The position numbers and the translations under genes are program-made. A DNA stretch of 64,000 nucleotides from Camelus dromedarius (Eukaryota), in assembly GCF_036321535.1 (NCBI RefSeq), contig NC_087436.1:17298001-17362000 (forward strand), written 5' to 3'. The notes beneath the pieces are model-generated. The model ran no database searches. It was given only the letters and a program-made list of their open reading frames with translations, and was not told where the DNA came from. Below, one piece after another: positions 50,754 to 64,000 of this stretch (the stretch's first letter is position 1; each line of letters begins with the position of its first letter).

Positions 50754-51309
50754 TGCTACCCCAAAAGGTAAAGACCCCAGTTCTTGTCATGCCCAACAGA
50801 TAAGTTTATAGTCAGGAGACAGTGCATTGTGTAGCAAAAGATTTTGAAAGATTTATTTAAAAAAGGAAGAGTACACCTCCATGAACAGGCTGCGGGTTGA
50901 CCCAAGGGAGGACGACCTGCGGTTTTTGTCTCCCGTCTCCCTTACACACTTGCTTAGAGGTGCTCTTTTGATTGATTGACAGCTTTTGTCCCTGGAATGC
51001 TTAGTCATGTTTGGCCCCTTTGTGCATGTCCTTACCCAAGGTGTGTAGAGAAAACCCAAGGCCGGGGTGGGGTGGGGTTCTAAACTGCAACGTTAATTGT
51101 AATACAATGAGCACTGGGTCATGTCCGGTCAGGTCCTTTCTGCTGCTGCAAGGTTGTGGCTGCCGGGTTCTAACTGGTTTCTTGCCGGCACTCATTTAGA
51201 AGAAGTAAAGTCCCTTTATGCTGGAAGCAGACACAATGCCATCTTCCAGACCATCCTCCCCCTCCTCCACCTGTCTGCCCGGTGCCCTCACTTATCTAAC
51301 TACATAACA
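50754..51309 (-). mobile_element. relatively young ERV1-class solo LTR
   Basis: The minus strand starts TGTTATGTAGTTAGATAAG and ends GGGGTAGCA, with AATAAA at ~50852-50857. CpGs are retained. 4-bp flanks AATC/AATT. Confidence 0.8.
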
Positions 51310-53964
51310 AATTCAGGAAGGCAGGAATGGGGCCAGTGGTGTGATTGTAGTCTGGAGTCAATATTAAGGATTAGGGGGAAACAGTCTGCACATGGATACT
51401 ATAGCTGCACTACAGAATGCCTAGCTAGATATGGAGAATTTTATATTTATAGGTTCTAAGACAAGGAGAAGCTTTGGGAGGTTTTGTAAAGAAGAATGTT
51501 CTCATCAAAAGATTGATGAGGGCCAATTAGCCATGAAATAAATATTATGCAGAATGACCTTGGGGAAGCGTGGATGTCAGGAGACCAAGGGCAGGGGAGA
51601 TGAAAAAGAAAGAGCACAGTCAGGGAATTTGTTTTTTTTTTTAAAGAAAGGACCCAGTGGCTTAGAGCTGTTGTCAACAGAACATGGGGGCTGGAAAAGA
51701 AAGAATGGACATTAGTGTCACAGATTCGAAGGCAGGAGGGAGAGCTTTCCCACATTAGGGTGATGCTGTTTTAGATAATGTTGTGAGGATCTGAGTGATT
51801 GTAGGCATATGGAAAATCAAACTAATGCATTTGGTGAGAAAATATGATCATTGGCATATGCAGAGAGGGGCACTCCAAGGAAGTATTCATTTGAGGAACA
51901 GTGCTGTGTGATGGTCCAGGGAGCAGGCACACAAGTGTGCAGCCATCAGCACGAAGCAGATAGGAATTTGCAGAGTCACCATGAGACAAAGGAATCAAAC
52001 ATGAAGTCGTTAAGAGTAATGACAAAAAAAGGACTCAGATCTTTCCTTGAGCCTGGGTTTCTGAGAAAAGCAAGCCAGAATGGAAGAGAATGAAGAAAAG
52101 TCTTTCGGTTAAAATTCTTTTAAGTCTGATATTGAATTCCTATTAAATTACCTCCTTAATTTTATTGAAATGCTTTCCACTTCCCTTAGATCTTCTCCAT
52201 CAGAGTTTATTTCAGTGAGAGCACTGGCTGAACTGATTTTTGGCTGCAAGAACCAGTGAATAGACTTAAAGAAGAGAGAAAAAATTTTAAGCAGTTCTGG
52301 TTATCCATCCATCCGTCCATCTATCCATCTCTTCATTTATTCACTAAGCACTTGTTAAAGTCCAGAAATAGAGTAGGAACCAAGAGAAACATAATCCTGC
52401 TCTCATGGAGCTTAAATTACAATGGGAGTAATTTTTTTAAAAAAGGCTATATAAAGATTGCTATGAGAATATGTCACAGGGACACCAGGAAAGCCCAGGG
52501 TCGTAGGAAGGGTTCATGAGAAAATGTCACTTTTCCTAATTGATAGGGAAGGAGACTAATCTAGGGACAGGAGCACATATAGCATAGAGAGAGAGACATG
52601 AAGTGTATTCCTTGTCACAGTTTCAGGGTGTCAGGCCTGCTGAACAGGGCATCCTACCTCCACCTAAGTCCCCTGAAGCTAGGTCAGGGAAGCCTTGCTG
52701 GAGGCAGTACGATGGCAAGCAGTATTCATCCTAGACATGTGATAGAAGCTGCACTGGCAGAAAGTATGGATATTTAAGGAATACTCTGTGCATACTTTTA
52801 CTTATTTAGTGCACTTTTCTAATTATTTGAATAATATTCAAAAATAGAAACAGAATATCACCAGCTGTTAATATAGTCAGTATCTCTGCAAAGGCCTTAC
52901 TATATTCATGTGCGTGTGCATGTGCGGTGTGTGAGTGTGAGTGTGGTGTGTGTATGTGTGTGATTGGCATATTTAATACATGAGACAATGCTGTACATAC
53001 TGTTTTTACAACTCTTAAGTATATTTTGGCAATTATAGTTGAGGATGTGAGAAACAAAGTATGTCAGCATCTGTCACTGGAGTCCCTTTTAGAAACAATT
53101 AACTGTCTATTGGGAAAATACCTTGATGAGCCATCGGTATAGGATGTGAGACCCAGAAGTCATAGGTGTTAGCAGAAACTAAGAGATCATGAGTTATATG
53201 TGTGAGAAAATGAGAGGCATTATCCTTGTCCTGTACAGTGAAGAGAGAGAAGAAAGCAGGGTCAAGAGAAGGCAGAGGTAAGAGAAGGAAGTCAAAGAGA
53301 TGGTGAGAGATGAGGGCTGTGATAGGCAAATAATTAAGGAAATTTCCCTGGTCACATGATGGCCAAATGGCATTTTTGCCTATTATTTTGTTTGGGGATA
53401 TTTAACTTGGTCATCCAATTTTTAGTAAAATCTTTGATACATTAAAATATCCTATAAAAGTGATTTTAATTTTTTGGCAGGAACTGAGGATGAGTATAAA
53501 TTATAAGTCTAGGTCAACACAGTGAAGAAGAGAGAGTCAGCAGGGAACCCAAGGACAGATGGGACCAGAGAACTTGAGTTTCCCAGAGATGTTGATATTT
53601 GAAAGAGTACTGGGCTGTCACAGGATGTGGACTAGGTGGGGGTCCCAGCGGAGCATCTCATTTTAGAGGACCAGTACATCTCACATCCATTTGAGTTAAG
53701 TTCATTTCCCTAAAAAATTGTCTACTTCACTGAAATATTCATGCTTATTAAAACTGATCAAATGATGTTCTTTTAAATTTTAAAACATCCCGTCTATCAT
53801 GGTCTGTCTTTGTCATGTCTAATATCATATACGTGTGTTTTCTGTTGTTTTTATTCAGGTTTAAACTTATCTTCAAAAAGGCCAAGATCTTGGGCTAGTT
53901 GATTGATTCTGTCATTTTCTGTTTCTAATTCATAAATTTATGGCTCTATCTTAATTCTTTAAAC

Positions 53965-55560
53965 TGACATCAGCCCTATTAATTTTTAAGGCATATCAAA
54001 AAAGGGTAGAGAATAAAGCAATCTACTCACCTAATTTAAAAAACAATATATTACATATTCAAATGAAAGCCCTGTTTATTACTCCTTATATTCCATTTTC
54101 CTCCCTTTGTCCCCAAAATACTCTGAACATATCTGAACATGTGTCTAACATCTCCACATACCTGAATGTGTAACACCCCCATGTTATTTTTATAACTATG
54201 TTATCTATACAGTTATCTGTAAATCACTTATAAGTGTCTCCATCTCTTACCCCACCAAACTTGTGTGCATGGACACACACCCACACAAAGGTGCATGCGT
54301 GTGCAAGCACAATCTTTTTTTCTCCCTCACAATCTTTATTCCCTATATATCTAGGAGTGAAATTCTAGGTAATAGGATACTTGGTCCTTCGATCTTACTA
54401 AATTGTCTAGTTTATTACCAAGTGTGCTGATTCACCCCCCCAGCTTCAGAGAATTAGATCTCCTCCTGTTCCTCGTCCGTCTTTACTTGTCAAACTTGGT
54501 TTTTGTCCATGTAATTTTCTTTTATATCAGTTTGCATTCCCATGATTACTAGTGAGACTGCATATATTTTCATATTTACTATATGTTCAGATCTTGTTTC
54601 TTGACTTGCCTATTTGTATCTTTTTCCTAGTTTCTATCACGTAGTCTTTTGTTATTGATTTTGAGTTCTTTAAATTTCTGGAATGTCCTTCTTTGAGTTG
54701 GTCATACCCATCACACACACACACACACACACACAATTTTTAAGCCTACATTTTGTCTTTTCCTCTTTTTTAAATAGTGCTTTTCGACGTACATAAAATT
54801 TTAATGAGAATTTAATCAGAGTTGTCAACTCTTCCTTTGTAAAAGTACTTTGAGTCTTGTAAGAGAAACCCGTCCTGGCCTCCCAGGTCATGAAGATATT
54901 TTCTGGTATTTCACTCTTCCATCCGTTTCTTTAAATGGATTTGGTTGAGTACATAAATTATTTCTTTTCTCTGAGAGTAGTTTCTGTACTTCTTCTTGAT
55001 CAATGAAAAGAATCAGATTCATAGATTTTCTCCTAAACTACCTTGTCTACATCTCATAAGTTTTATATATACAATGTTGTCATTCTGCACATTCAATTTT
55101 TGTTTCTTATTTATTTCTGGAATTATTTAGTAAATCTATTTAAAATATTGTCATTAATTTGTTTTATTTAAAAATATCACCAGGATCTACCTAGGTATTG
55201 ATTAAGTATTACCAATGTGTTTTCTGGTACAAAGTGTGTCATTCTTATCTGCAGTGTCTTTTATCTCTGGAAATTTCCTTTTAATTTGTTTTTTAAATAT
55301 GTTGGTCTAATTATGCATACTTGTGATCTGTGTGTTGGATCTGAATGCCCTGACCTTTATAGCTTCCATCTTCCCTCCCATTCGATCTCTTTGTTGTTTT
55401 TCTCCACATTTTGGGAAAGCTTTTCTAGTTACCTTTTGCAACATGAATTCTTTTCTCTGCAGCGTTGCTTCTTCCTTATTCTAAATCTGATTTTAATTTG
55501 GGGGATCATATTTTATTTATGTTTTTATACTCTTTTCTTATTTCACCCATTTTTTTAAAT
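53965..55560 (-). mobile_element. decayed L1ME-like fragments with (CA)n runs
   Basis: CTAGGAGTGAAATTCTAGG and TTTGCATTCCCATGATTACTAGTGAGACTG..CATATTT are antisense L1 motifs. Confidence 0.65.
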
Positions 55561-56099
55561 ATTACTTGTGGTTATATCTCATCTTCTTTGTTTCCTAGCA
55601 TACAAATTTCCCTAGGTCTTAACGAGACGACAAAGCCTTCTAAAGTAGATTCTTTTCAAAGTAACAAAACGTCCTCTGCATCTTAGATAGTAACTCTGTT
55701 TTCATCTTGAAACCTGCAGAGACTTTTTGTAGGCTTCATGTTTTCTTGCCTTTATTTATAAGAAGACTAGTGTAGGGTGGCTTTCCCAGGGTTGACCACA
55801 CTAACCTCCTGATTCTTGTTAAACTCCTCTTCTCATGTAATGAGCCAAGAACTGGTTAATGTACTCAGCCCCTGACTAACACTGGCAGTCTCTTATTTGG
55901 TATGGCTGTTTTGGAATCAGAGAGAGATGTTTTCTAATCCCAGAACGTCATGCAATCTTGTCAGTTTGGGACAAGTCACTTACTGCTCTGAGCCTCAGAC
56001 GTATCTGCAACAGGGGAATACTACCTAGCTCAAGGACCCCTTATTGGCTATTTCAGCAGTAATATGTAATTGATTAGACAGAACTGACCATTTTCCTAC

Positions 56100-57321
56100 C
56101 CCATCCCAAACCTTGGTTGCTTGGCCTGGGGATAGCAGTTATTATAATGGAGAAAGCCAAGTGGAAGCCATGTGGTCCCAACCAAGATAGTAAATCAAAA
56201 GCAGAGTTGTACCCCAGGGAAGTGGCATCACTGCAAAGAAGGAAGCACAACAGTCGTAGATACCTTCAGGGATTATTTTCCTTTAAATTTCGTTGTTGTT
56301 GTTGTTGTTATTGGAGGGTGGGTGGTAATTAGATTTATGTAGTTACTTTTAGAGGAGATGCTGGGGATTGAACCTAGGACCTCATGCATGTTAAGTATGT
56401 GCTCTATCACTGAGCTATACCCTCCCCCTCTTTAGGTTTTAGAAACAGCCTATTCCACACCCAGGAATACGGCTCAACCTATATATCAGATGTAATAAAA
56501 GCCTTCCAGCTTTGAGTAGGATACAGAGCTAGAAAGTCCAGCAAGTCCAGGAGATAAACAAATAGCTCAGCCACTTGGGCCTTTTGCCTCAGATCCAATA
56601 AAATAGGAGGTTAATGTGGTGAGAAAAAAATGTACAGGTTAGAAGTGCAGTTATCCTCTCTTAACCTCACTCTCAGTGACCCACTTTGGGAATTCGGACT
56701 TCTCAACCCCCAACTCCAGATGCTGTGGGAATAGAGGTGTTGGATCTCAAAAAGGAATCCATCCACCAGGGGACACAGCAGAAGTCCCATTGAATTTTAA
56801 ACTATCGCTGGCAGTCAGGTACTCAGGGTCTCTAACGCCAGCAGAGCATTGCCAAATACGAGTCAGCATTCCTGGAAGGACTGATTGTTCCCGACCATCA
56901 GGAAGATGTAGAAATCCTGTTAGAAAGAGGGGCAGAGTGGACGGTGATTGGCGCCCAGGTGATCCACGTGGATGTCTCTGCTTAGTCTCACTCAGTATTT
57001 ATGGTTTGTGGACAGATGCATATCACGGCCTGAAAAGGGCACGATGATTAGGGGCTCATATCCCTAAGGCATGAGGCTGTGTCAGAGCCACTTAGAACAG
57101 AAGTGCAAGTTGAGGATGAAGGAAATCCAGAAAAGATGGGAGAGGAAGAAGTCGATGAGCAACAGGTGTGGCTTCAAGACCAGCTTAGGTGTTAGGAGGC
57201 TATAGTTTGTCCCATGCAACTTCTTAGAAATTTCTCTCAGGAAGGGAGACCTACTATGAATCCTTGAGGAGCGTCTCCCAGAATTTATATAAAGTGGATC
57301 TGAGCATCACAAGGGGTGGTC
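56100..57321 (+). mobile_element. ERVL-type internal remnant (deleted pol fragments)
   Basis: GAAAGCCAAGTGGAAGCC, CCAGCTTTGAGT.GG and CCACCAGGGGACACAGCA.AAGTCCCATTGAA motifs. Ends at the polypurine tract AAGGGGTGG before the LTR. Confidence 0.6.
56292..56428 (-). mobile_element. tRNA-derived SINE, Vic-1-like, nested in the ERVL remnant
   Basis: Reverse complement GGGGGAGGGTATAGCTCAGTGATAGAGCAC...GGTCCTAGGTTCAATCCCCAG...TCTAATTACC with an (AAC)n tail. Same family as 1360-1554. Confidence 0.9.
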
Positions 57322-57766
57322 TGTCATGGACGCTCCAATGTACCACCTGGATCCTCCTTCAGTATTGAAGGACAAAATCCTCAAGCTTCTGGGAGTGCTT
57401 CTGGATGACAGATAAGCTGCCCACTTCTGCAGAAATTGCACTCACCAGGAGAGGTACCTTGCCAAGATCACACCCTCTACTGGGAGAAGCCTGCATCCAA
57501 AGAACAGTCGATATTGCAGTGCACATGCCCAGTAGCCTCTCCAGCTGGGATGAGGTTGAAGGTCTATTCCAGCTTTAAAGCTCTTTATGGGCTTAGCTGA
57601 GGGCTTTGTTGAGACTGCAATATCGTCCAACTTCTCCTTTTTCCACCTTGCTTCTTTTTTATTTTTGGCACAGAGGTTGGCCCTGTAAGCAGTGATTCCT
57701 CATAAACTTTCTGCACATTAATCTCTATCTTAGAGATTATCTTCCTGGGAAAGACGACCTGCAACA
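57322..57766 (+). mobile_element. ERVL LTR (LTR16-like)
   Basis: TGTCATGGA...CTTAGCTGAGG.CTTTGTTGAGACTGCA...ATAAAC..TCTGCAC..TAATCTC..CTTCCTGGG..ACCTGCAACA, preceded by a polypurine tract. Confidence 0.75.
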
Positions 57767-58079
57767 TGCACCTAGCATGCATTCACTCATTTCTTCAAAA
57801 TACATTTTTTTCCCTTTATTAGTTTTCAAAATAATGAGTTGGGTTGCAATCATACTCCAAAGGTGACTGATAGGTTCTTTTTTTAATATATATATTTTTT
57901 AATTTGAAGAATTATTATGTGCCTGGCATTATGGTAAAGGCAATGAAGCAGAACAAAACATTAAACATGGACCCTACTTATAAAGAATTTACAGTCAATT
58001 CAGGGAAATACTATATATGCACAGAGAATAAAGCAATGTTATATAAAATAAAGCCAAATACTGGAAATAATGAGAAGAT

Positions 58080-58800
58080 CATGGTGACCAGGGGCTCAGA
58101 TCTGCCAAAACTGAGTGTTTGGGTCATATCACCAGGTAAGTCTGCCACCAGAACCCTGCAGGGTGCTGCTTGGTAAAGGCAAGTAGAAGGTGGGGTTGTA
58201 TACAGTAAGTTGCTAATGGAGTAACAAAATAGCAGAAGCAAAAATGACTATTCCTGACAGCTGAAAATATATGGACTGCTATGCAGCTACGTGGGAGGGG
58301 CCTGCAGTCATCCTCAGCTGTCTGTGACTGTGTGGGCGAGTCTGTCCATTTTATAGGTAAAATATTAGCGAGCTCATCTTGACACTTATCCTCCCACATG
58401 CTTAAAAAAAAGAAAACTATCTTCTCCAGCCTGCATCTATTAGTTAGAAAAAGAGAAAGCCGACATTTTAACTCTCCATTTACTGATTCCATAATTGGTT
58501 CCAACCCCTCCCTGGGTGGAGGAAGGGGTGGCAATATTGATGCCATACAATCCCAGTGGACTGCTGAGAAAGTAGCACGATTGCTGAGTTTGTGATCAAC
58601 ATCAGTGGAGAAAACAGATTTGTTTGCCAATTAGATGTGGGTAAGCAGTTCCGTTCATCTAAGGTGGGTATCTTTTGAGAGTATTTTTATTCCATCTATG
58701 GGTCATTTATCATCTTCCAGTTTGAAGGTTAGGCCTAGGATAGCAGGATTGTTTTGGGAGTAAATATTTGAATCCAGCTACAATCTTGAAGATCCACCCT
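58080..58800 (-). mobile_element. ERVL internal fragment (integrase region)
   Basis: ORF 58124-58630 contains IMESVNGELKCRL, similar to the ERVL integrase motif IERWNGLLK. Confidence 0.5.
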
Positions 58801-59249
58801 TAAACATTATAAAAAAGGAATGTCTGCTCCTTTTCCTTTTCTCTTTTTCTGCTTTATTAGAGGGAGAGACGATTTTCTCTCTCTCCTTCTGTCCTCTATT
58901 TCACATACACACATTCAAGACAGAACTAGTTTGAGGACATATGGAACATCTATTAGCACATTCATTCATTACACGTTATTTATTTAATTTTGCTATATAT
59001 TTAAAAAATATAAACAGGACCTTACAGTATTCTGAAACTTGTGATTCTATTAAAGTACCAAGGAAAAACCTGAATAGGAACTGTTCAACACCAAACATCA
59101 AACATTATCTCCTGCTGAGGCCAATGAGGACCATAGAAGGAGATTTTGTTTAAAACAATAATTAGGATGAATTAACCAAGATGCTTCCTAAAGGTGTGTA
59201 CATTGTAATTCTTCCTAAAAGGAGACCATACTGAATTACACTGTTAGTG

Positions 59250-59880
59250 ACTGTACCACTTTGGGGGTTAATTCAGGGAGCAGAGCCATTATGAGTGATA
59301 TGGAAGGAAAATTTATTAAAGGGGCCAGACCATCCTTAATCATTAGAACTGATAGGAAAGGTCTATGGGAAGTTGTTGCTGCCGCATTGGTTTGTGGTCC
59401 TGAAGTTGTTGTAGGTCGTCGGGACCAGCAGTCAGTTGGGAAGAAAGGCTCTACGTGAAGCAGAGGAGAGCAAAGACCAAGTGGCACCCACAAGGAGGAA
59501 CTGAAACTCACATCTGCCTCTCACCACCTCAACCATCAGTGACACAGGTGACCTGCAGAAGAAGCTGATACCCATTTGCACAGACGGCACATACATCTAG
59601 CCCAGGACTTGGAGAAGCTGAGGGAGGAGCAGGAAGCGCCCCAAGCCGAGCTGCTATCCTGTGCCAAGATGAGCCAGCAGATCAGGGACCATGTGCCTGA
59701 TCTGCAGGGATGCCCGGTACCTTTCATCATTCTTCATAGTATATGGATGCTGCTTCATTTCCACCTTCCAAATCTTATGCAAATTTCTCTTGTGGCCAAT
59801 CCTAATCCGGGCCCATAGAGGCAAGAACATTCTCAAAAATGTATTTCCAGTTCAGTTAATTTATCACTGAGCATGAGACA
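59250..59880 (-). mobile_element. ERVL-class 3' LTR of the provirus remnant
   Basis: The minus strand starts TGTCTCATG after a purine-rich tract and contains GGCCACAAGAGAAATTTGCAT.AGATTTGGAAGG. The left boundary is approximate. Confidence 0.6.
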
Positions 59881-62800
59881 CTCCTTGGTATCCCTCCATA
59901 CTGCATGTTTCACTTCCAGATAAACACAGTAGAACATAACGCAACTGTTCTTTGTACAACCAAAACCACACTACCTGCCTCTATGTAATATAAACATCCC
60001 GTCTGTCACTTTATCCATCTTTGGCTTGATTAAGTTTATTCTTCCTCCAGTTGAGTCCAACTCTCCCTTTGCTATTCTATAACTTAAATATTGAATTATG
60101 AGCTGTGAAAACAGGAGGTCAACCAATCAAGATGCCTTGTGCTGGATGGTAGGAGAGTGGGATAGGGGGACAAAAAATTGGTTAATACACACATGCACAC
60201 AAATAGATATAAATTAACACAGAAATACTCATAACTATTACAGTCCTCATTTCTGTTACTCAGTATGTTCACACCTCACATTTACAACTTTCTTCCTCCG
60301 CTACCATGTCATCTTCCCATGGTAGCACCCCACCTTGCTGTGATTCCGTGCCTGGTGGAGTGACTCAGACCTTCATTCCTAAAGTGTCTGAGCCATCAGA
60401 AGACATGTCTTTATTGGGTTATCTTAGTTTCACATTAACTTTTACACAGAATAAGGGACTCCCGAGAGGTATCCTACATGACCTGCATTCCAAAAATGCA
60501 CACTCCTTATGCCCACTGTATAGAGGAAATTCACTTCCTCCTTACAGTTAGAATCAAATGCGCCAGTAGCAGAGTAGCCTCTTATTTACCTGTTGATTCA
60601 CTGGCCTTTGTCTCCAGGTGACAGTCTCAATTTCCACTTTAATAGAAGCATTACTGTGCTCGCTGGTGGAAGCTTTCTTCCTTTGGAAAGTAAGACGTTT
60701 AGAGCGGTAGGACCCGAAGTTACAGGCATGGAAACAAAAACTCTGCTAGTGGGCCATTAAGGGTAATAGAAAAGCCACTCTCATCCCCATTCTTTGATCG
60801 TTCTGTGGGAGAAACAACACTATAATTTGGTTGCTGGTTTGGGGTTAATACTCCATCTTAGAAGACACAATCCTGGCCCTATGAGATGTGGCCACCCAGT
60901 TGGGGTCCTAACAAAATCTTCCAAATCTTCCTTATCCACCCTTTATTAGCTGCTAAATGCGAATACACTTTTGTTAGAGGTGATGCTATGTGGAATATTG
61001 TGAGAATGAAGAAAGCATATATAGATGGTGCTTTTAGCAGAACAAATGTGTGCAGTGAAGGAAAATCCACATCCCAACCAAGTGTCTGTTCCAGTGAGGA
61101 CAAAGCACTGCCCCTTCCATGATGGAAACAGTCCAGTGTAATCAACTTGCCAACACATAGCTGGCTGATCCCTCTGTGGAATGGTGATGACAGACTATAT
61201 TGTAGGCCCTTTGGTGAAACAGACTCAAACATTTTCTTTTTCAGTTATGATCATAAAGAACTCTCCAAGAGGCTATAACTATGGTTGAGTAGAAGGGAGC
61301 CATGAGACCTGGGCCACGAACACCTGGGCAGCTGGGCCACTTGCTCATGAAACTTACTTGTGCCTCCATGATTTGCTCAAGTGAGACCACATATCTACCA
61401 CTTCCTTTGGTGAGGGAGTGTTTCTGTGCATATCCAACTTCATGGTTTGGTGGTCAGACAACACCCAGTTCATGCTGGGTACCTCAGGCAGCATGTCAAA
61501 TTGATGACTGATGATCTAGCATTCAATCTCTACTGGGACCCAGTAGCAGACCAGAAATTGCTTCATAAAAGGAGGATCACTTTCTGCTAATCATGGCATA
61601 GCTTTAATCCAAAATGCTAAAAGTCTGCACAGTTCTTTACCTGTAAATGCCTGCTAATGGCTCTTGACATCATCCCATCCTCCAAAGATACTTCAAGCAC
61701 CAGAAGATCACCTAGGTCATATCGCCCAAGTGGAAGAGTGGCTTGCATGTCAGTCTGGACCTGTTACAGAGACATCTCTTGTTCTAGGACCACACAAAAC
61801 TGGCATCCTTTTGAAGTTATTTGATAAACGCATGTAAGAAGCACACCCAAATGAAAATATGCAATGCCTCCAAAATCCAAAGAGATCCCTCTAGGCATTG
61901 TGTATCTTTTTTAGTTTGTAGGAAATAATAAGATGCAGAAACTCTTAAATTTGGAAGGAATCTCCCACTAAGCTTCAGACCATTGTTTCCTTAAGTAATT
62001 CTAATGGTGGCAGGCCCTAATTTTTGTAGAACTTATTTCTCACAACCGGGCATGCACCTATCTTACCCAGGTGTCAGGAGTAGCTGCTACTTCTGCTCAC
62101 CAGGTTCAATCAGCATTACATCAACAAGGCAATGTCTAGCATGATGGTCTTTGGAATGGAGAGGCAAATAACACCCTTCTGGATCAGAGTATGATATAGG
62201 GCTGAAGAGCTGACATACCCTTGAGACAGGATAGCAAAGACATATTCTTGGCCTTTCTACTGAAAGCAAACTGCTTCTGAGATCTTTACTAAAAGATACT
62301 GAAAGGCATAGAAGAAAATGTATTTGTCAGAACAATGGCTATGTACCTGCTGCTTATTTTCTCCAGAAAGAAAAAAAAACATTGGAGTAGAGGCTACAAT
62401 GGAATCAATATCTGATTTTGTGGGTGCCCACTATATACCGCAAGATCTAGCTGTCTTCTGTACTGACTGAAGAGGCAAATTGAAAGGTGATGTGATAGGA
62501 ATAACCACTCCTGTATCTTTCAAGACTTTGATATTGGCAATGATTCTTGCAATCTCTCCAGAAAGCTCTATTGGCTTTGGTTTACTATTCTGATAAGCAG
62601 AGTCACTCCCAGTGGCTTCCAATTGACCTGTCCTGTCATAGAGCTCTAGCTGCACAAATTAGGACTTAACATGAGAATTCTGCCTGTTGGTAAGTATATT
62701 AGTCCATCTATGTACACATAACTGGTAAAATAAACCCATCATAAGTTTGGGCACCCAGTGGACCCACTGAGATCAGTGTGAACCAAAACTGTTCACCTGA

Positions 62801-64000
62801 CATTTAGAATCCTTTACTCTGACTGGTGGACCATAGCAACATTTTGTGTCTTTAGGAATTAAGGTCAGTTCGGAGCCAGTGACCAACAATTCCCAAAAAG
62901 TCTGGTTTATTTCTTCTCCTGAAACGCATAGTCACTTTGACAAATGGCCACAAATACTTTTGGAGAAAAGCTGGACAAGAACATTTACAGTGTAAATTAT
63001 CAGCTATGAGGCAGGATCTCTTCTCACGAATGACCTGGCCTCCACTTCATTCAAGGGGCTTTAGGTTTGTAAATTAGCTCAGTGCCGGGAAGTGGCTGAG
63101 AGGTATGACCATTATAATGATTAAAGTTAGACTTCCATTCACTAGAAGAGATCTTTACTATATATATACGTATCTAGTAATACTTTCAAAGTAGTAATAC
63201 TTTCAAAGGCTGTCAACCTATTTCTTTTTTGGGGACACATTGTCGGCTAACTCAAAACTCTTTGTGGACTGAGCCACTTTGTTTCTGGCCATTTGAAGTG
63301 TCACAACATGGTCCCTACCACTGCAGGGTCCCATTGTCCACACTGAATTCAGGGAGTCCAGCTTGATTGCAGCAGTTCCCATGGGTGTTTCTGGACCTCA
63401 GAGGACAGCCATCCTGCAGCTCCCTCAGAAAGGTATATTGCAAAGTCTTAGTGAGCAGGATGCTCTCCAGACATAGTGAGTTGGTGGTAAGCAGGTCCTC
63501 TCTAGAATTCCAACTTTGGTTGGGGTATCATCATTTTCAGGGTACAAAGAAAATTTAGTCATCTAACCAAGGTGACTGATAGAGCCAACCCCAGCTGATC
63601 AAGCTAAAACACTGAATCTAGAATCTCCTTTAAATACACCTATATTGAAAATACTCTATCTAATATATTTTCCACCCTTATCCAATATAACATATGATGC
63701 TTTCCCATCCACATTCCCAGGTATGTCAATATAAATTGGGGAAACCTAGTATTCATTTTAGTTGTCTTATGGGCAATAATTTTGTTTGGTTGTTGTATGG
63801 GTAATCATTTTGTTTGTTTAACTTTGTGGGTAGCCCTGGAGCCTACCAAAATTGGATTCTGGTTATAGGTCTGAAAGCAAAGAGAGACGGTAGAGCCAGT
63901 TTTTGAAGAGAATCAGACGAGCAAGCTCCAGAGGGGAGGCCAATATAATTTTTCAGGCAAAGGAGGTTAACGGGTATCCTCAGACAGAGAACTTAGTAAA
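59881..64000 (-). mobile_element. decayed ERV-L provirus internal region (gag-pro-RT-IN-dUTPase), running off the window
   Basis: RT N-terminus IIANIKVLKDTGVVIPITSPFNLP (ORF 62431-62655). Integrase WKGQCFVLTGTDT..GCGFSF...SAKSTI (ORF 60946-61158). Protease-like LLVTGSELTLIP at ~62855-62890. Many stops and frameshifts. Confidence 0.88.

Noticed and set aside
1..64000. CRISPR array, prokaryotic operon or defence system
   Set aside because: The sequence is mammalian and TE-rich. There are no regularly spaced repeats and no gene-dense ORF structure.

Overview
Mammalian genomic DNA, AT-rich and dominated by transposable elements. It is probably camelid, based on two tRNA-derived SINEs that look like the Vic-1 family. 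I found no intact protein-coding gene, RNA gene or CRISPR array. The recognisable ORFs in the track are decayed L1 ORF1/ORF2 and ERV-L pol fragments. The window holds many L1s of different ages, MaLR/ERV1/ERVL LTRs, a decayed ERV-L provirus at the right end, hAT/Tigger DNA transposon remnants, L2/MIR remnants and microsatellites. The most unusual structure is at ~38.6-39.4 kb. A retrocopied calreticulin (CALR) 3'UTR fragment is interrupted by a second poly(A)-tailed, TSD-flanked insert of unknown origin that has a twin-priming (5'-inversion) signature. Other items are a perfect 15-bp palindrome made of nuclear-receptor octamers, an internally deleted L1, a 5'-inverted L1, and several minus-strand splice-site-bounded exon or microexon candidates. 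Repeat family names come from recalled consensus sequences, not database searches, and most boundaries are approximate.
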